From the human T2T-CHM13v2.0 reference genome, Homo sapiens, in NCBI RefSeq assembly GCF_009914755.1, contig NC_060929.1: DNA of 64,000 nucleotides. One strand, 5' to 3'. The position numbers were made by a program, and so were the translations under genes. Within the stretch, counting starts at the first letter, position 1. Every line of letters starts with the position of its first letter. Of the stretch, positions 36,900 through 53,334 are shown piece after piece. The notes under the pieces were generated by a model, which was not told where the DNA came from, did not search any database, and saw nothing but the letters and a program-made list of their open reading frames with translations.

Positions 36900-39800
36900 T
36901 CTCGTGCTTCATGTAGAACCCTTAGGTTTGCCCCTGAAGTCTGTCTGCTCCATGTACTATTTAGTTGCTTTTCAGCATAGAGCTTGGTTTTCCCTTTTTT
37001 TAATTGTAAGAATGATGTGCTCTGGCATGTCACACTGTGAAAGGGGACCAGATGATGGAGCCTGGACTGAAAGGGTGAATGGGGCCGCTCACCTCAGAAC
37101 TCTCCCTGCTTTGCTTTGCTGGGAGCAGGGAGCAGGGCAGCCTGGGAGAGGCTGGAGTTCCTCAAAGGGCAGAGAAGAATGGCCTTCAGGGGACCACAGG
37201 GAGGAACCATGCCATGATAGACTCAAAAAGCTAGATTATGCTAATAAAAAGGGGAAGACATCTGTGACACACAGGAAACAGTGTTCGTGGCCTTGCCATA
37301 GAAGGCGCAGTAAAGGAGGAAAACTCCGGAGACTCCCTGTGAATTCTTGGCTAAGAATGCACGTTATCTGCAGTGATCTAAAAACACAAACGAGAACAGA
37401 AGTGAGTGGCCCTACCTGTGAGATGCACAGTGCTGAGCGGCACCCAGCGCTGGCTGCAGGATGGGAGGCTGGCTGCCGTATGATTGTTCGTGGGAAGAAA
37501 TTTTGTAGAAGTTATCAAGCTCCTTAAAATGTTCGTGCTGTGTCTGCCTGGACAGTTGCAATTCTGAGAAGCGATCCTTGAAAATGATTCTGGGTATAGA
37601 AAAAGGTACAGCACAGTGGTGTTCTTAGTATGGCTGTTTACAGTCGCAGAAAATGAGATGCTAAACTGCTGCCCTAGGGGATTGGTTAAGCAAACTGGTG
37701 CTTCCACTCCATGAGATAGGATGCAGCCATTTGAAATATTTATGAAGGTTTTGGACAGTCATTTGGAATAATGGTTTTGTTGGGGCTCTTAACTTGCAAG
37801 CCAATAGAAAAGAAATCTGGCTAATATAATCCTATAAATTATTTCCCTACAGCCCATTTTTAAGGTTCCCAGTAACTTTCAGAATCAAAGGAGACATCGG
37901 ATGGCCAGGCCTCAGTAGTGGCAAGGCCCAGGCAGTTCCAGATCCCTGCAGCCTGCCACTACCCCGAGTCTCTCCAGGTCACCAGCCAGGCTTGGGGGTG
38001 ATGGAGGAGGACTCGGTAAGGGACAGTTCACTTGGCAAATGTTTAGGGAGCACCTGCTGTGGCCAGGCATTGCCCTAGAGGCAGGGAATATGATAGAAAT
38101 TGCGGCAGTACAGGAAGGTAAGGTCCCTGTACCGCAGAGCTCACAGTCTCATGGGAAGGAGTTCTTACACAGGTGAGGTAAGTGTTAGGGAGAAACTAAA
38201 GCCAGGTAATGAGAGAGGGCAGTGGGGCTGCAGAGGCTGGGGTGAGCCACAGACTACTGTAGACACGGTAGCAACGTAGGTCTCTTAAGAAAGTGACACA
38301 CAACGTAGGCCTAATCACAGCACTTTGGGAGGCCAAGGTGGGAGGATCACTGAGACCAGCCTGGGCAACATAGAGAGACCCTGTCTCTGTAAAAAAAAAA
38401 AAAAAAAAAATTAGGCATGGTAGCACACACCTGTGGTCCCAGCTACTCAGGAGAATAAGGTGGGAGGATCACTTCAACCCAGGAGGTTGAGGCTGCAGTG
38501 AGCCAAGATCATGCCACTGCACTGCAGCCTGGGCAGCAGAAACCCTGTCTCAAAAAACAGTGCTGTTAACAGGAAGAGGGAGGAGTGCTTAGGAGCAAGT
38601 TAACAGATGCCTGCACATGTTAAATTTAAAAGCAGGCCGGGCACAGTGGCTCACGCTTGTAATCCCAGCACTTTGGGAGGGATCTGTCTGCCTGGGCAGA
38701 CAGATCACCTGAGGTCAAGAGTTCCGAGACCAGCCTGGCCAACATGGCAAAACCCTGTCTCTACTAAAAATACAAAAATTAGCTGGGCCTGGTGGCACGT
38801 GCCGGTAGTCCCAGCTACTTGGGAGACTGAGGCAGGAGAATGGCTTGAACCTAAGAGGCAGAGATTGCAGTGCCAGGATCGTGCCACTGCATTCCAGCCT
38901 GGGCGACAAAGCTAAACTGTCTCAAAACAACAACAACAACAAAAACCCACAAATTTGAAAGCAAGCAATATGCCACTGCATTTAGTAGGATGGTGGCTCT
39001 TGCCATCCTCCAGGTGCCTGTGAGCTGCAACCAGCCTGCAGTGCAGGCCTGTGCTGTTCTGAAACCTCTGCCAGCCTGGACAAGACTTGCCCGCCTCCCC
39101 TGTCCAGCCCCAGAAGATGCCCAAGGTAAGTCAAGGACAAGCTCCAGGGTCTCTTGCTTGCCCCTGGAGTTGGATGGCACACCATGGTTGGTGGCATTAT
39201 CAGTAATGCTCCCTGCAGGCCAGCCAGCTGATGCCTGGAGCTGGCAATGTGGCTCTAAAGCTGTTGAAAGATGCAAGATGTTAGCTACCTGCGAACTTGG
39301 TCCAAAGCTAGTGGCTGAACTTCAGTGTTCCAGGCACTGCCCTGGCCAGCACAGGAAATGGCGAGTGGTGGCAAATGTCTTGACTGGACTTTTCTTCCCC
39401 TTTTGCGTTCAAGCAGTTAATGTCCTGGCCACTCTTCAGATTGGCTTTACTTATGCTTCATGGATAATTTGCTCTTCGCACGCTTACAGTAAGCTGAGCT
39501 GCAGAGTTTAGCTAGTGCATGAAAACCATTTCATGGACGTTGGGAAAGATAACTTCAGACTCCCACCCAAAGCAGAAACCAGCGCCACAAGGGGAGAATT
39601 CAGGGATCCACCACCCTGTCAGTCTTCTGGGAAGGGTCACGTACATTAGGAAGAACTAGATGCCATCTGCTGCAAAAACAAACAAATGCAGCCAGCTGCC
39701 TGCTGGAGGCAGGGCTGCAGAACGGACTTACTCTGAAGATTTCCACACTGCGGGCGACCTTAAGCAAGCCCTGACCACATGGGCTGTGGTGAGAAGCAGC

Positions 39801-40134
39801 AGGCCGTGTTAGATTGCTATGTGGGATCAGTGTGGAGGCCTCCACTTTTCTTTGTGCCTGGAAAGCAGAACTTTTCAAGACTGAGGACGAAAAACTGGAA
39901 TTTTGCATCCTTATTAAGATCTAACTACATTTTATGTAGCAGAGACAACTGCTTGCTCACTACTTCTGGATTTATTACTACTGATAACATTTCTCATGAA
40001 TTTTAAAGTTTTAGGCTGGTTCTATACTTGTAATAACAGATGATTTTATATAACGCAAGACAGAGTCCAACCACATGCAGAATCTTCAAGAGCTATAGAT
40101 ACTGCCGTCCGAGCTCTCTAGAGCTAGAGGCCTA

Positions 40135-40299
<165 letters not shown>

Positions 40300-40470
40300 T
40301 TAGCCGAGCGTGGTGACACACTCCTGTAGTCCCAGCTACTAGGGAGGCTGAGGTGGGAGGCTTGCTTGAGACTGGGAGGGCGAGGCGGCAGTAAGCCATG
40401 ATGGTACCACTGTGTTCCAGCCTGGGTGACAGAGTGAGATACTGCCTGAAAAATGAGAAAAATTAAATCT

Positions 40471-40625
40471 TGCCGGGCATGGTGGCCTTTGCTTGTAGTC
40501 TCAGGTACGCAGGAGACTGAAGAGAGATGATCGCTTGAGGCCAGGAGTTTGGGGCTGCAGTGAGCTATGATTTTACCTGTGAGTAGCCACTGCACTCCAG
40601 CCTAGGCAACATAGCAAGACTGTCT
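40471..40625 (+). mobile_element. FAM / 7SL-derived Alu monomer
   Basis: A monomer retaining the 7SL-like cctgtgagtagccactgcactccagcct segment that is absent from dimeric Alu. Confidence 0.7.
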
Positions 40626-40679
40626 CTTTTTTTTTTTGAGATGGTCTCACTATGAATTGCTCAGGCTGGAATGCAGTAG

Positions 40680-40805
<126 letters not shown>

Positions 40806-41239
40806 TAGAGACAGGGTCTTAGTATGTTGCCCAGGCTGGTCTCAAAACTCCTGGGCTCACGCGAGCCTCCTGCCTCAGCCTCCCAAAGTGTTAAGATTAC
40901 AGGCATGAGCCACCACACCCAGCCAACCCTGTCCCTTAAAACATAAAAAGATAAATCTGTGGCTTCTTTTTGATTCTTGCTTGTGCAGTAACAGGCATGT
41001 TCCTTAAACTTTGCAGCTGTCTGTCATTCCTTGCATTTAACCTACTCTATCCAGTTGATCCTGGATTCCCCTCCCCTGGGTCCACTTCTTAGTAAACCTA
41101 TGGCATTATAGGAACACTAGAGCAGGAGAACAGGGCGAGTCTAAGCCTGAGTGTGCCACTGCTAACCATGTATGGGACCTCTCTGTGGCTGTCCCAAAGC
41201 GGGGAGATTGGACCAGACTGAGCGGACAGTTACAGAGGC

Positions 41240-42600
41240 TGTGATACACTCCAGATACCTGTCAGGACTGAGACCCATTTCCAGGAGTGTTGGACACTCA
41301 TTGTTCAGAGCTGCTGCCAGCTCATAGCTGACTCTTCCTGGGAATTGTGTTCAGTGGAGGGGAGCTGCCCAAGGTTATGCCCTCTTCCAGGGGCAGCCCA
41401 TGTCTGGAGACTTGTCGATATGGGAGTATGGAGACCCCAACACCCTTGCCTCAATTTGGGACATCTCCAAAGAGCCATCCTGGCTCCACTGCACCGGTGC
41501 TGTCGTCTTGAGGCCTCTGCTGCGTCTGCATCTCAGTTCCACCTCTCGCCTGCCCAATCCAGTAGCCCTTGCTCCCTTATGAGTGGTGCTGATGCCCTTT
41601 GAAATCTGCCTTTGGGGCACCTGGCTCGAGAGACTTGGTGCGGGGAGTGGTCCCAGGAAGCCGACTGTAAGCTGGCTCGCTGCTGACTGCTGGCCATGAT
41701 GACCCCATCACCTGTGGCAAGTGGGACAGCTGTAAAGAGGAACTGTTAAACGTTCGCTGTGGTGGCACCAGGGCAGGACACTGGGGAAGGGAATAGAGTA
41801 CCCTAGGCCTTTGGGAAGTGTAAGTGGAGGAGTGACTGTGACCTTGAGAGAGATGTTGCGGGGGTTATAGGTGATACCTCGGAGAAAGATAATGAAAAGC
41901 TGATCATGACTAATCACTAGAAAAGACACGATGTGAGATCCGTTAGAGGCCTCCTTGGCAGCCAGGCAAGAGGGTGGACACAGCTGAAGGGATCAGGCAT
42001 GGGGTTGTTACTAAGGCTTCAGAGCTCCAAGAAGGTAGAACTTTCAACCTAGCCGAGTGTGCCATACCAAGGTCATTGTCCTAGTTAGGAATGTGGGACC
42101 CTTACACTGGGATGGGGACATCTGGATCGATACTCTAGAACTCTAGAAAACCTGGACACCCCAGCCCCGCCACCCTCCCCCACACCCTGAAACCTCTAAG
42201 CCCACTCCTCCCTGTTAAGGGCCGGTGCTTTGCTCTTGTTTGAAGGTCATGCCCAGGCCTCTGCCACCTCCCCTTAGGATCTGTGCTCACCACCCCTCCT
42301 GGCCCCTGGACCAAGAAGGTCAGCAGGAGGGTGCTGGGCCTGCCAGAGAAGAAAGAAGATGAGCTGCCTGGGGGGAGCAGGAGTGTGCCTGAGACAAGGG
42401 CATGGCCATATGGGGCTCTGCTATGACCTAGGACTCAGCACCCTTGCAGAGCCCCCAGGAAGCAGTGCCCGTAGGCTGCCAGCTCGGTCGGCTCTCTGAA
42501 ACTTCCCAGGAAGCCATGGCCCACAAGGAAGAGAATAGCAACCTAGGGGCAACCGTGGCAGCTCTGCAAGAAGCGAACGAACGCCCAGAGAAGCGGGTGT
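41240..42600 (+). mobile_element. LTR16-like LTR followed by ERVL (HERV16-like) internal remnant; further fragments at about 45560-48000
   Basis: LTR16-type motifs (ccttgcctcaatttgggac..gccatcc..gaggcctctg..cctgcccaatcc) and an ERVL gag-like tgggaccct..tgggatggggacatctgg. Highly diverged; called by eye. Confidence 0.55.
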
Positions 42601-42615
42601 GGGAGAGTGGAAATG

Positions 42616-45094
<2,479 letters not shown>

Positions 45095-45158
45095 TACTCT
45101 GTTTGTGATGGCCCTGACACCTACCAGCCAAATATGTTCTGCAGGAGGGCTGCACTCA

Positions 45159-45281
<123 letters not shown>

Positions 45282-45438
45282 TTAGCAGAGAGTGGTGGGG
45301 CGCACCTGTAATCCCAGCTACTCAGGAGGCTGAGGCAGGAGAATCGCTTGAACCTGGGAAGCAGAGGTTGCAGGGAGCCGAGATTGTGCCATTATACTCC
45401 AGGAGCAAGAATGAAACTCCATCTCAAAAAAAAAAAAT

Positions 45439-45551
45439 GGAGGAGGAGGAAGAAAAGAAGAGGAAGGAGAAAGAGAAGGAAGAAGAAGAAAAGAGGAAGA
45501 AGAAGAAGAGGAGGAGGAGAGAAGAAAGAAGGAAGAAAGAAGAAAGAAGAA
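45439..45551 (+). repeat. 113-nt pure purine (GA-rich) low-complexity tract
   Basis: Only A/G from 45439 to 45551, directly following an Alu A-tail. Confidence 0.95.
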
Positions 45552-45830
45552 TCATCCTGGCCTAGGCCCAGCTCCCAGTGGGACCACTGGGTCCACAGCT
45601 CCACCCAGCCATTTCCTTGGCCTTGATATCTAATCAAAGAGGACTCACTTCATAGTTGACAGAAGCCTCACACGGGGTATTGGCCTGGGAAGCCACAGTG
45701 GGGAAGGCCCAGAGAAGAAATGACAAGGAGCCTTGCTTCCCAGTGGGTCAGACACAGGGTGGCGTCTGCCTCATAGGTGCCTTTTTTTTTTTGAGATGGA
45801 ATTTCGCTCTTGTCGCCCAGGCTGGAGTAG

Positions 45831-46073
<243 letters not shown>

Positions 46074-46694
46074 TAGATGCCCATTTGATTTTCCAGTCTG
46101 GGCCCAACGAAACGCAAATGATCCCTAGCAGCTGACAGCAGTCTGCTGCAAACACAGCAAAGTTGAGTCCCAGTTGCAGCTGCAGTGACCACCAGCCAGC
46201 CTCTGTCATGGCCCCCGAGTGCTGGGCCCAGCAAGGCGGGCTCAAGAGCAGTAAGCAGCAGTGGCAGGGGTGGGGCCCAGCGGGATCCCAGCATCGTGGC
46301 TCTGGCTCACCCAGACAAACCCGGATCTGCCACCCAAGTGCCCAAGTCTCCAGCCTGCCAGTGACAGAGACCAGCGTTGGTCTCCTCAAGGGACTGAGTG
46401 AGGAGACCAGTCACCACCCGGTGCAAACTGAGTCCCTTCCACGCGGGAAAGGGCCACGAGCAATTCATGTTTTCTTTTTTTTGTTTGTTTTTGAGACAGA
46501 GTCTCGCTTGGTCGCCCAGGCTGGAGTGCAGTGGCACAATCCTGGCTCACGGCAACCTCTGCCTCCGGATTTTGTGAACCAAGCAGGAGGTTGCTTGCCC
46601 TGCATCCTGGCAGGAGTCAGCAATTCTCCTGCCTCAGCCTCCCGAGTAGCTGGGATTACAGGTGCCCACTACCATGCCTGGCTAATTTTTGTAG

Positions 46695-46910
<216 letters not shown>

Positions 46911-46983
46911 TAAGTTGTGCCAGACACAGAAGACCACATATTGTATAGTTGCATTTATATGAAATATCCAGACAAAGCAAATC

Positions 46984-47287
<304 letters not shown>

Positions 47288-48018
47288 TGATGACCTCAGA
47301 GTTGGGAAGAATTTATTAGACAAAATACAAAAAGAGTTAACCATAAGGTAAAACACTGATTCATTTGTTACAGTCAATTTAAGAGCTTCTGTGCATCAGG
47401 AGACACCATCAGGAGCCTGGAAACACAAGCCATTGGTGAAAGAGAGCCTCTCCCTGGAGGCAGGTTTTGGCTACTGTCAGGGAGCATGCTGGAGCCACAG
47501 CAGTGGGTGACATAGGAGTTTGCTTGTGCTAACCTGTGCACTGGGATGCCGTGGGTGCTGGAGCATCCTTCTACTGCAGGAAGGATGGCCTTGGGCCTGC
47601 ACACTGTTGGACTTCTTGGGCCCAACAGAACCAGCTCCTGTGGCAGACTGCCCTGGCCACGCAGTCACTTGGTGCCCCAATGTCCCAAGGTCCAGTTTTC
47701 ATTTGTTTTGTTTTTGGAACAATGTCCATTCCCTGCTGGGGAAGGCACAGCCTTGATCTGGGACCATAAGATTATGCACTATGACTCTCTCACGAGGCTT
47801 CTGCTAGAAACACCACCTGGCCCTGTCTCTACCACAGCTATTTCTAGCACCAGGGGGTGTGCTCGATTTTCTGAACCAAGCAGAAGGTTGCTTGCCCTGC
47901 ATCCTGGCAGGAGTCAAAGCAGCAGTCCCGAGTGTGAACTGTGTTGCATCCAAAGCCTCCAGAGGCCCGCCAAGGCCTGTGTGCCTTTCTTAGTGGCAAG
48001 AGATCAAAAGTGCTATAA

Positions 48019-48957
<939 letters not shown>

Positions 48958-49004
48958 TCACGCCTGTAATCCCAGCACTTTGGGAGGCCAAGGCGGGTGG
49001 ATCA

Positions 49005-49348
<344 letters not shown>

Positions 49349-49439
49349 TCAGTTCTCAGCTGTACAGCAGGTGATCTCTGCCCTACAGGGATCTGCACCC
49401 ATTTACTCAGGAAACTGTCTTCTTACTATCCAGTTTTGA

Positions 49440-49706
<267 letters not shown>

Positions 49707-49734
49707 TAGTATAGACGGCGTTTCACCGTGTTAG

Positions 49735-50211
<477 letters not shown>

Positions 50212-50292
50212 TGAATAAGATCCGTAAAATACTTGATTACTAACTTGTATCAATGGAAATCTCTTGGTTTATAACTGAATTTTGGTTATACA

Positions 50293-50294
<2 letters not shown>

Positions 50295-50342
<48 letters not shown>
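50295..50342. repeat. Perfect poly(T)48 Alu tail
   Basis: Directly counted. Confidence 0.93.
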
Positions 50343-50343
<1 letters not shown>

Positions 50344-52144
50344 AGACACAGTCTCGCTCCGTCGCTCAGGTGTGATCTTGGCTCACTGCATCCTCTGCCT
50401 CCTGGGTTCAAGCAATTCTCCTCTCTCAGCCTCCCAAGTGGCTGGGATTATAGGTGCCTGCTACCACGCCTGACTAATTTTTGTATTTTTAGTAGAGATG
50501 GGGTTTCACCATGTTGGCCAGGCTGACCTCAAACTCCTAACTTCAGGTAATCCGCCCACCTTAGCCTCCTAAAGTGTTGGGATTACAGGCATGAGCCACC
50601 GCGCCTGGCCGAGACTGTAGATTTTTGCAACTTTTTTGTAAGTCTAAAATAATTTCAGCCAAGCATGGTGGCTCATGCCTGTAATCCCAGCACTTTGGGA
50701 GGCTGAGGCAGAGGATCACTTCAGCCCAGGAGTTTGAGACCAGCCTGCAACATAGCAAGACTCCATCTCTGGAAAAAAAAAAAAAAAATTAGAGCCTGTG
50801 GTCCCAGCTACTTGAGAGGCTTGAGGTGGGAGGATTGCTTGAGCCCGGGAGTTTGAGGATGCAGTGAGGCATGTTGAGCCACTGCACTCCAGCCTGGGCA
50901 ACAGAGCACGATCCTGTCTCAAATATAAAATAATTTCTAAATAAACTTTCTTGTTCAAGCTCAGGGTCTGAGTTGTGCACTGCCTATGATCCACTCCACA
51001 GAAGTTCTGATTTCTTCTCTGTGCAATGGTTCTGCCGGCCTTTCTGCCGCCCAGAGGTCCTGGTGAGTGGGCATCAGAGACTCCTTAGGGCTCTGTGGAG
51101 GCTCAGGGAGGAGCTTTCGCTTCCCTCCTGATGCTGGTGCCTCCAGAGCTAGACAGGAAGATGGAAGCTGGGTGGCCCGAGCAGGGGTGGGGGCTTGGCT
51201 GGCCCTCCTGTCAGCTTGAGCTGGCTTGAGCCCAGGCAGGGCCCTGACAGCCTGGGCAGGCTCAGAGGGAGGGAGGTGGGAACCAAGAGACCCGGGGAGG
51301 GCTCCCGGGGCCAAGACCCAGGTCCCTGCCCTGCACATCTGCCAAGGGACTTCCTCAGAAGCTGCTGATGTTAGGCTTTGGCTTCCTGCTGTGGACTGAG
51401 GGGATGAACTCCGACGGGAGGACATTCAGGCCTTGGAGGAAATGAGAGCTTGGCTGACAGGAGGGCCTGGACTCACGAAGACACTTGGACACCCACAAGC
51501 ACAGAGACATGGGTGTGTGACAACTGACCAAGGGGCATGCAGGTATGTATGCGTGGTGCACACAGACACCCTGGGCACAGCCCACTGGCACCAGCGTCAA
51601 CCCCTGCGTGGTGGGCTGCATCCCACCCTTCAGGCAGGCCCTGTGGGGCAGGTTTCAGGGAGGAAGGAGGCTGAGTGGGCAGAGTCTGAGGACGCGGCCA
51701 CCATCGCTCCCTGGCACTACATCTGTGTCCGGGATCTAGGAGGCAGTCCTCCATCACTGAGCCCCAAGATGACTGTCACAGCTTGGTCTAAAGCAGGGGC
51801 CGGGCCTGAGCCCTGGCCCCTGCCCTGGAGGAGCTCACAGAGCCCCCAGCTGGGGCATATCTGGTTTCCGGGGGCAGGGGCGATACCCAGAGGAGGAAGA
51901 AGGGATTCTGAGAGAGCCCAACAGGCTCCGAGCCTCAGGCTGGAGCTGAGCTTGGGGCAGCAAGGAAGGACCAGGTGCGAGGGCAGAACCATGCGGCCCG
52001 ACCCCTGCAGCACGGCCTGTGGCCTCCCCCAGCTCCTGCCCGTGCTTCTGGGTCAGTCTGGACTTTGCCACTTCTGACCAAAAGCCACCGCAAACCCACT
52101 CAAGCCAAAAGAGGAAGTGACCGTTAGGCCCAACTGGGAAGGCT

Positions 52145-52210
52145 GGCGGCCAGGGGCACTCCAGGCAGGGCGAGGGGGGCGGCCGGGGGCGCTCCAGGCG
52201 GGGCGAGGGA
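52145..52210. repeat. 33-bp GC-rich tandem duplication upstream of LTC4S
   Basis: ggcggccaggggcactccaggcagggcgagggg / ggcggccgggggcgctccaggcggggcgaggga. Confidence 0.9.
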
Positions 52211-53119
52211 GACACCCAGAACTCCAGGCAGGAGTCCTCGGGTGCCACCTTTCCTCTCCACCTGGCCCTGCGTGGGCTCTGTCCTCAGGGTGGCCCGCCG
52301 TAGTCCCCCTCCCCACTCTGAGTTTCCTGTCCCAAAGTCCTAAGGAAGTTTCCAGAACTACATCTCACCATCTTGAGTCAGCCTTGGCTCAGTGTCCATC
52401 TCACAGGCCTGGAAGGGGCAGGAGTCAGCACTGTCCAGACCACAGGGCCTGAGTGTGGGGAGGGCAGCCGTCTAGGAAGGTGGTGGAGGGTTGTTACCTT
52501 GAGGCAAGAGGGCTGCGGGGCAGAAAGACACAGCAGGTGACTGTTGTGGGAGGCCCAAGAGAGGCCTGGGAGAGGGATGGCCCACAAGGGCTGACCCTCC
52601 CGCCACCCAGGGGGCCTTGGACAGGTTTCCTCCTGGCAGGGTGGCCCTTGTGCATGGAACCCCTACAACGACTAAGGCTGGCAGGCATGAGGTTTCCTGA
52701 AGGAGAAAGAGCTTGTGGGGCCCAGTGTGGCTGGGGGGGCGCTGGGACTCCATTCTGAAGCCAAAGGCACTGGGAAGGGCTTCCGCAGAGGAGGGTTTGG
52801 CAGGGGTTGCCAGGAACAGCCTGGATGGGGACAGGGAACAGATAAGGTGGGTGGAGGAGTTAGCCGGGAGCCTGGGGCTGGCTCCAGCATGATGTGGGGG
52901 TCTGCAAGGCCCTGGAGAAAGTGGGGTGGTGCAGCAGGGGGCACACCCACAGCTGGAGCTGACCCAGATGGACAGCTTGGGCTCTGCCACGCGGGACTAG
53001 GCAAGGAAGGGGCACGAACAAGCAGGAAGTGGTGAGGCGGTCTCCAGCTAGCTGCTCTCCCCTGCCCAGACTTTGGTTTCCTCCCTGCTGGCTTGGCCTG
53101 GCTCCCTGGCTCTGTGTGG

Positions 53120-53220
53120 TATGGTCACACCCCCGTGCACCCCCTCCACTGAGATGGGGCGGGGAGAGCACCGAGGCTGCTCTTCCTCTCCTGGGCCGTC
53201 CTCTGAGCAGCAGACGGGGC
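53120..53220 (+). promoter_or_regulatory. LTC4S: LTC4S TATA-less proximal promoter
   Basis: Tandem CACCC (KLF) boxes at 53128 and 53138, GC box GGGGCGGGG at 53156-53164, initiator-like CAGAC at 53211 (66 nt before the ATG), and no TATA box. Consistent with the known Sp1/KLF-driven LTC4S promoter. Confidence 0.75.
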
Positions 53221-53276
53221 TAAGCGTTCCCCAGCTCGCCTTCACACACAGCCCGTGCCACCACACCGACGGTACC

Positions 53277-53334
53277 ATGAAGGACGAGGTAGCTCTACTG
53301 GCTGCTGTCACCCTCCTGGGAGTCCTGCTGCAAG
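53277..53334 (+). CDS. LTC4S: LTC4S (leukotriene C4 synthase, MAPEG family) exon 1
   Basis: accATGAAGGACGAG; MKDEVALLAAVTLLGVLLQ; donor AAG|gtgggc; 58 nt. Confidence 0.98.

Noticed and set aside
37489-37496. Perfect RBPJ site CGTGGGAA downstream of MAML1 (possible Notch autoregulation)
   Set aside because: A single unpaired 8-mer, about what chance gives in 64 kb on two strands.
36895-37527. 210-aa ORF downstream of MAML1
   Set aside because: Non-ATG start, no recognisable domain, random-looking composition and no splice context.
38870-39511. 213-aa ORF
   Set aside because: Starts inside an Alu and runs through its (AAC)n tail; no homology recognised.
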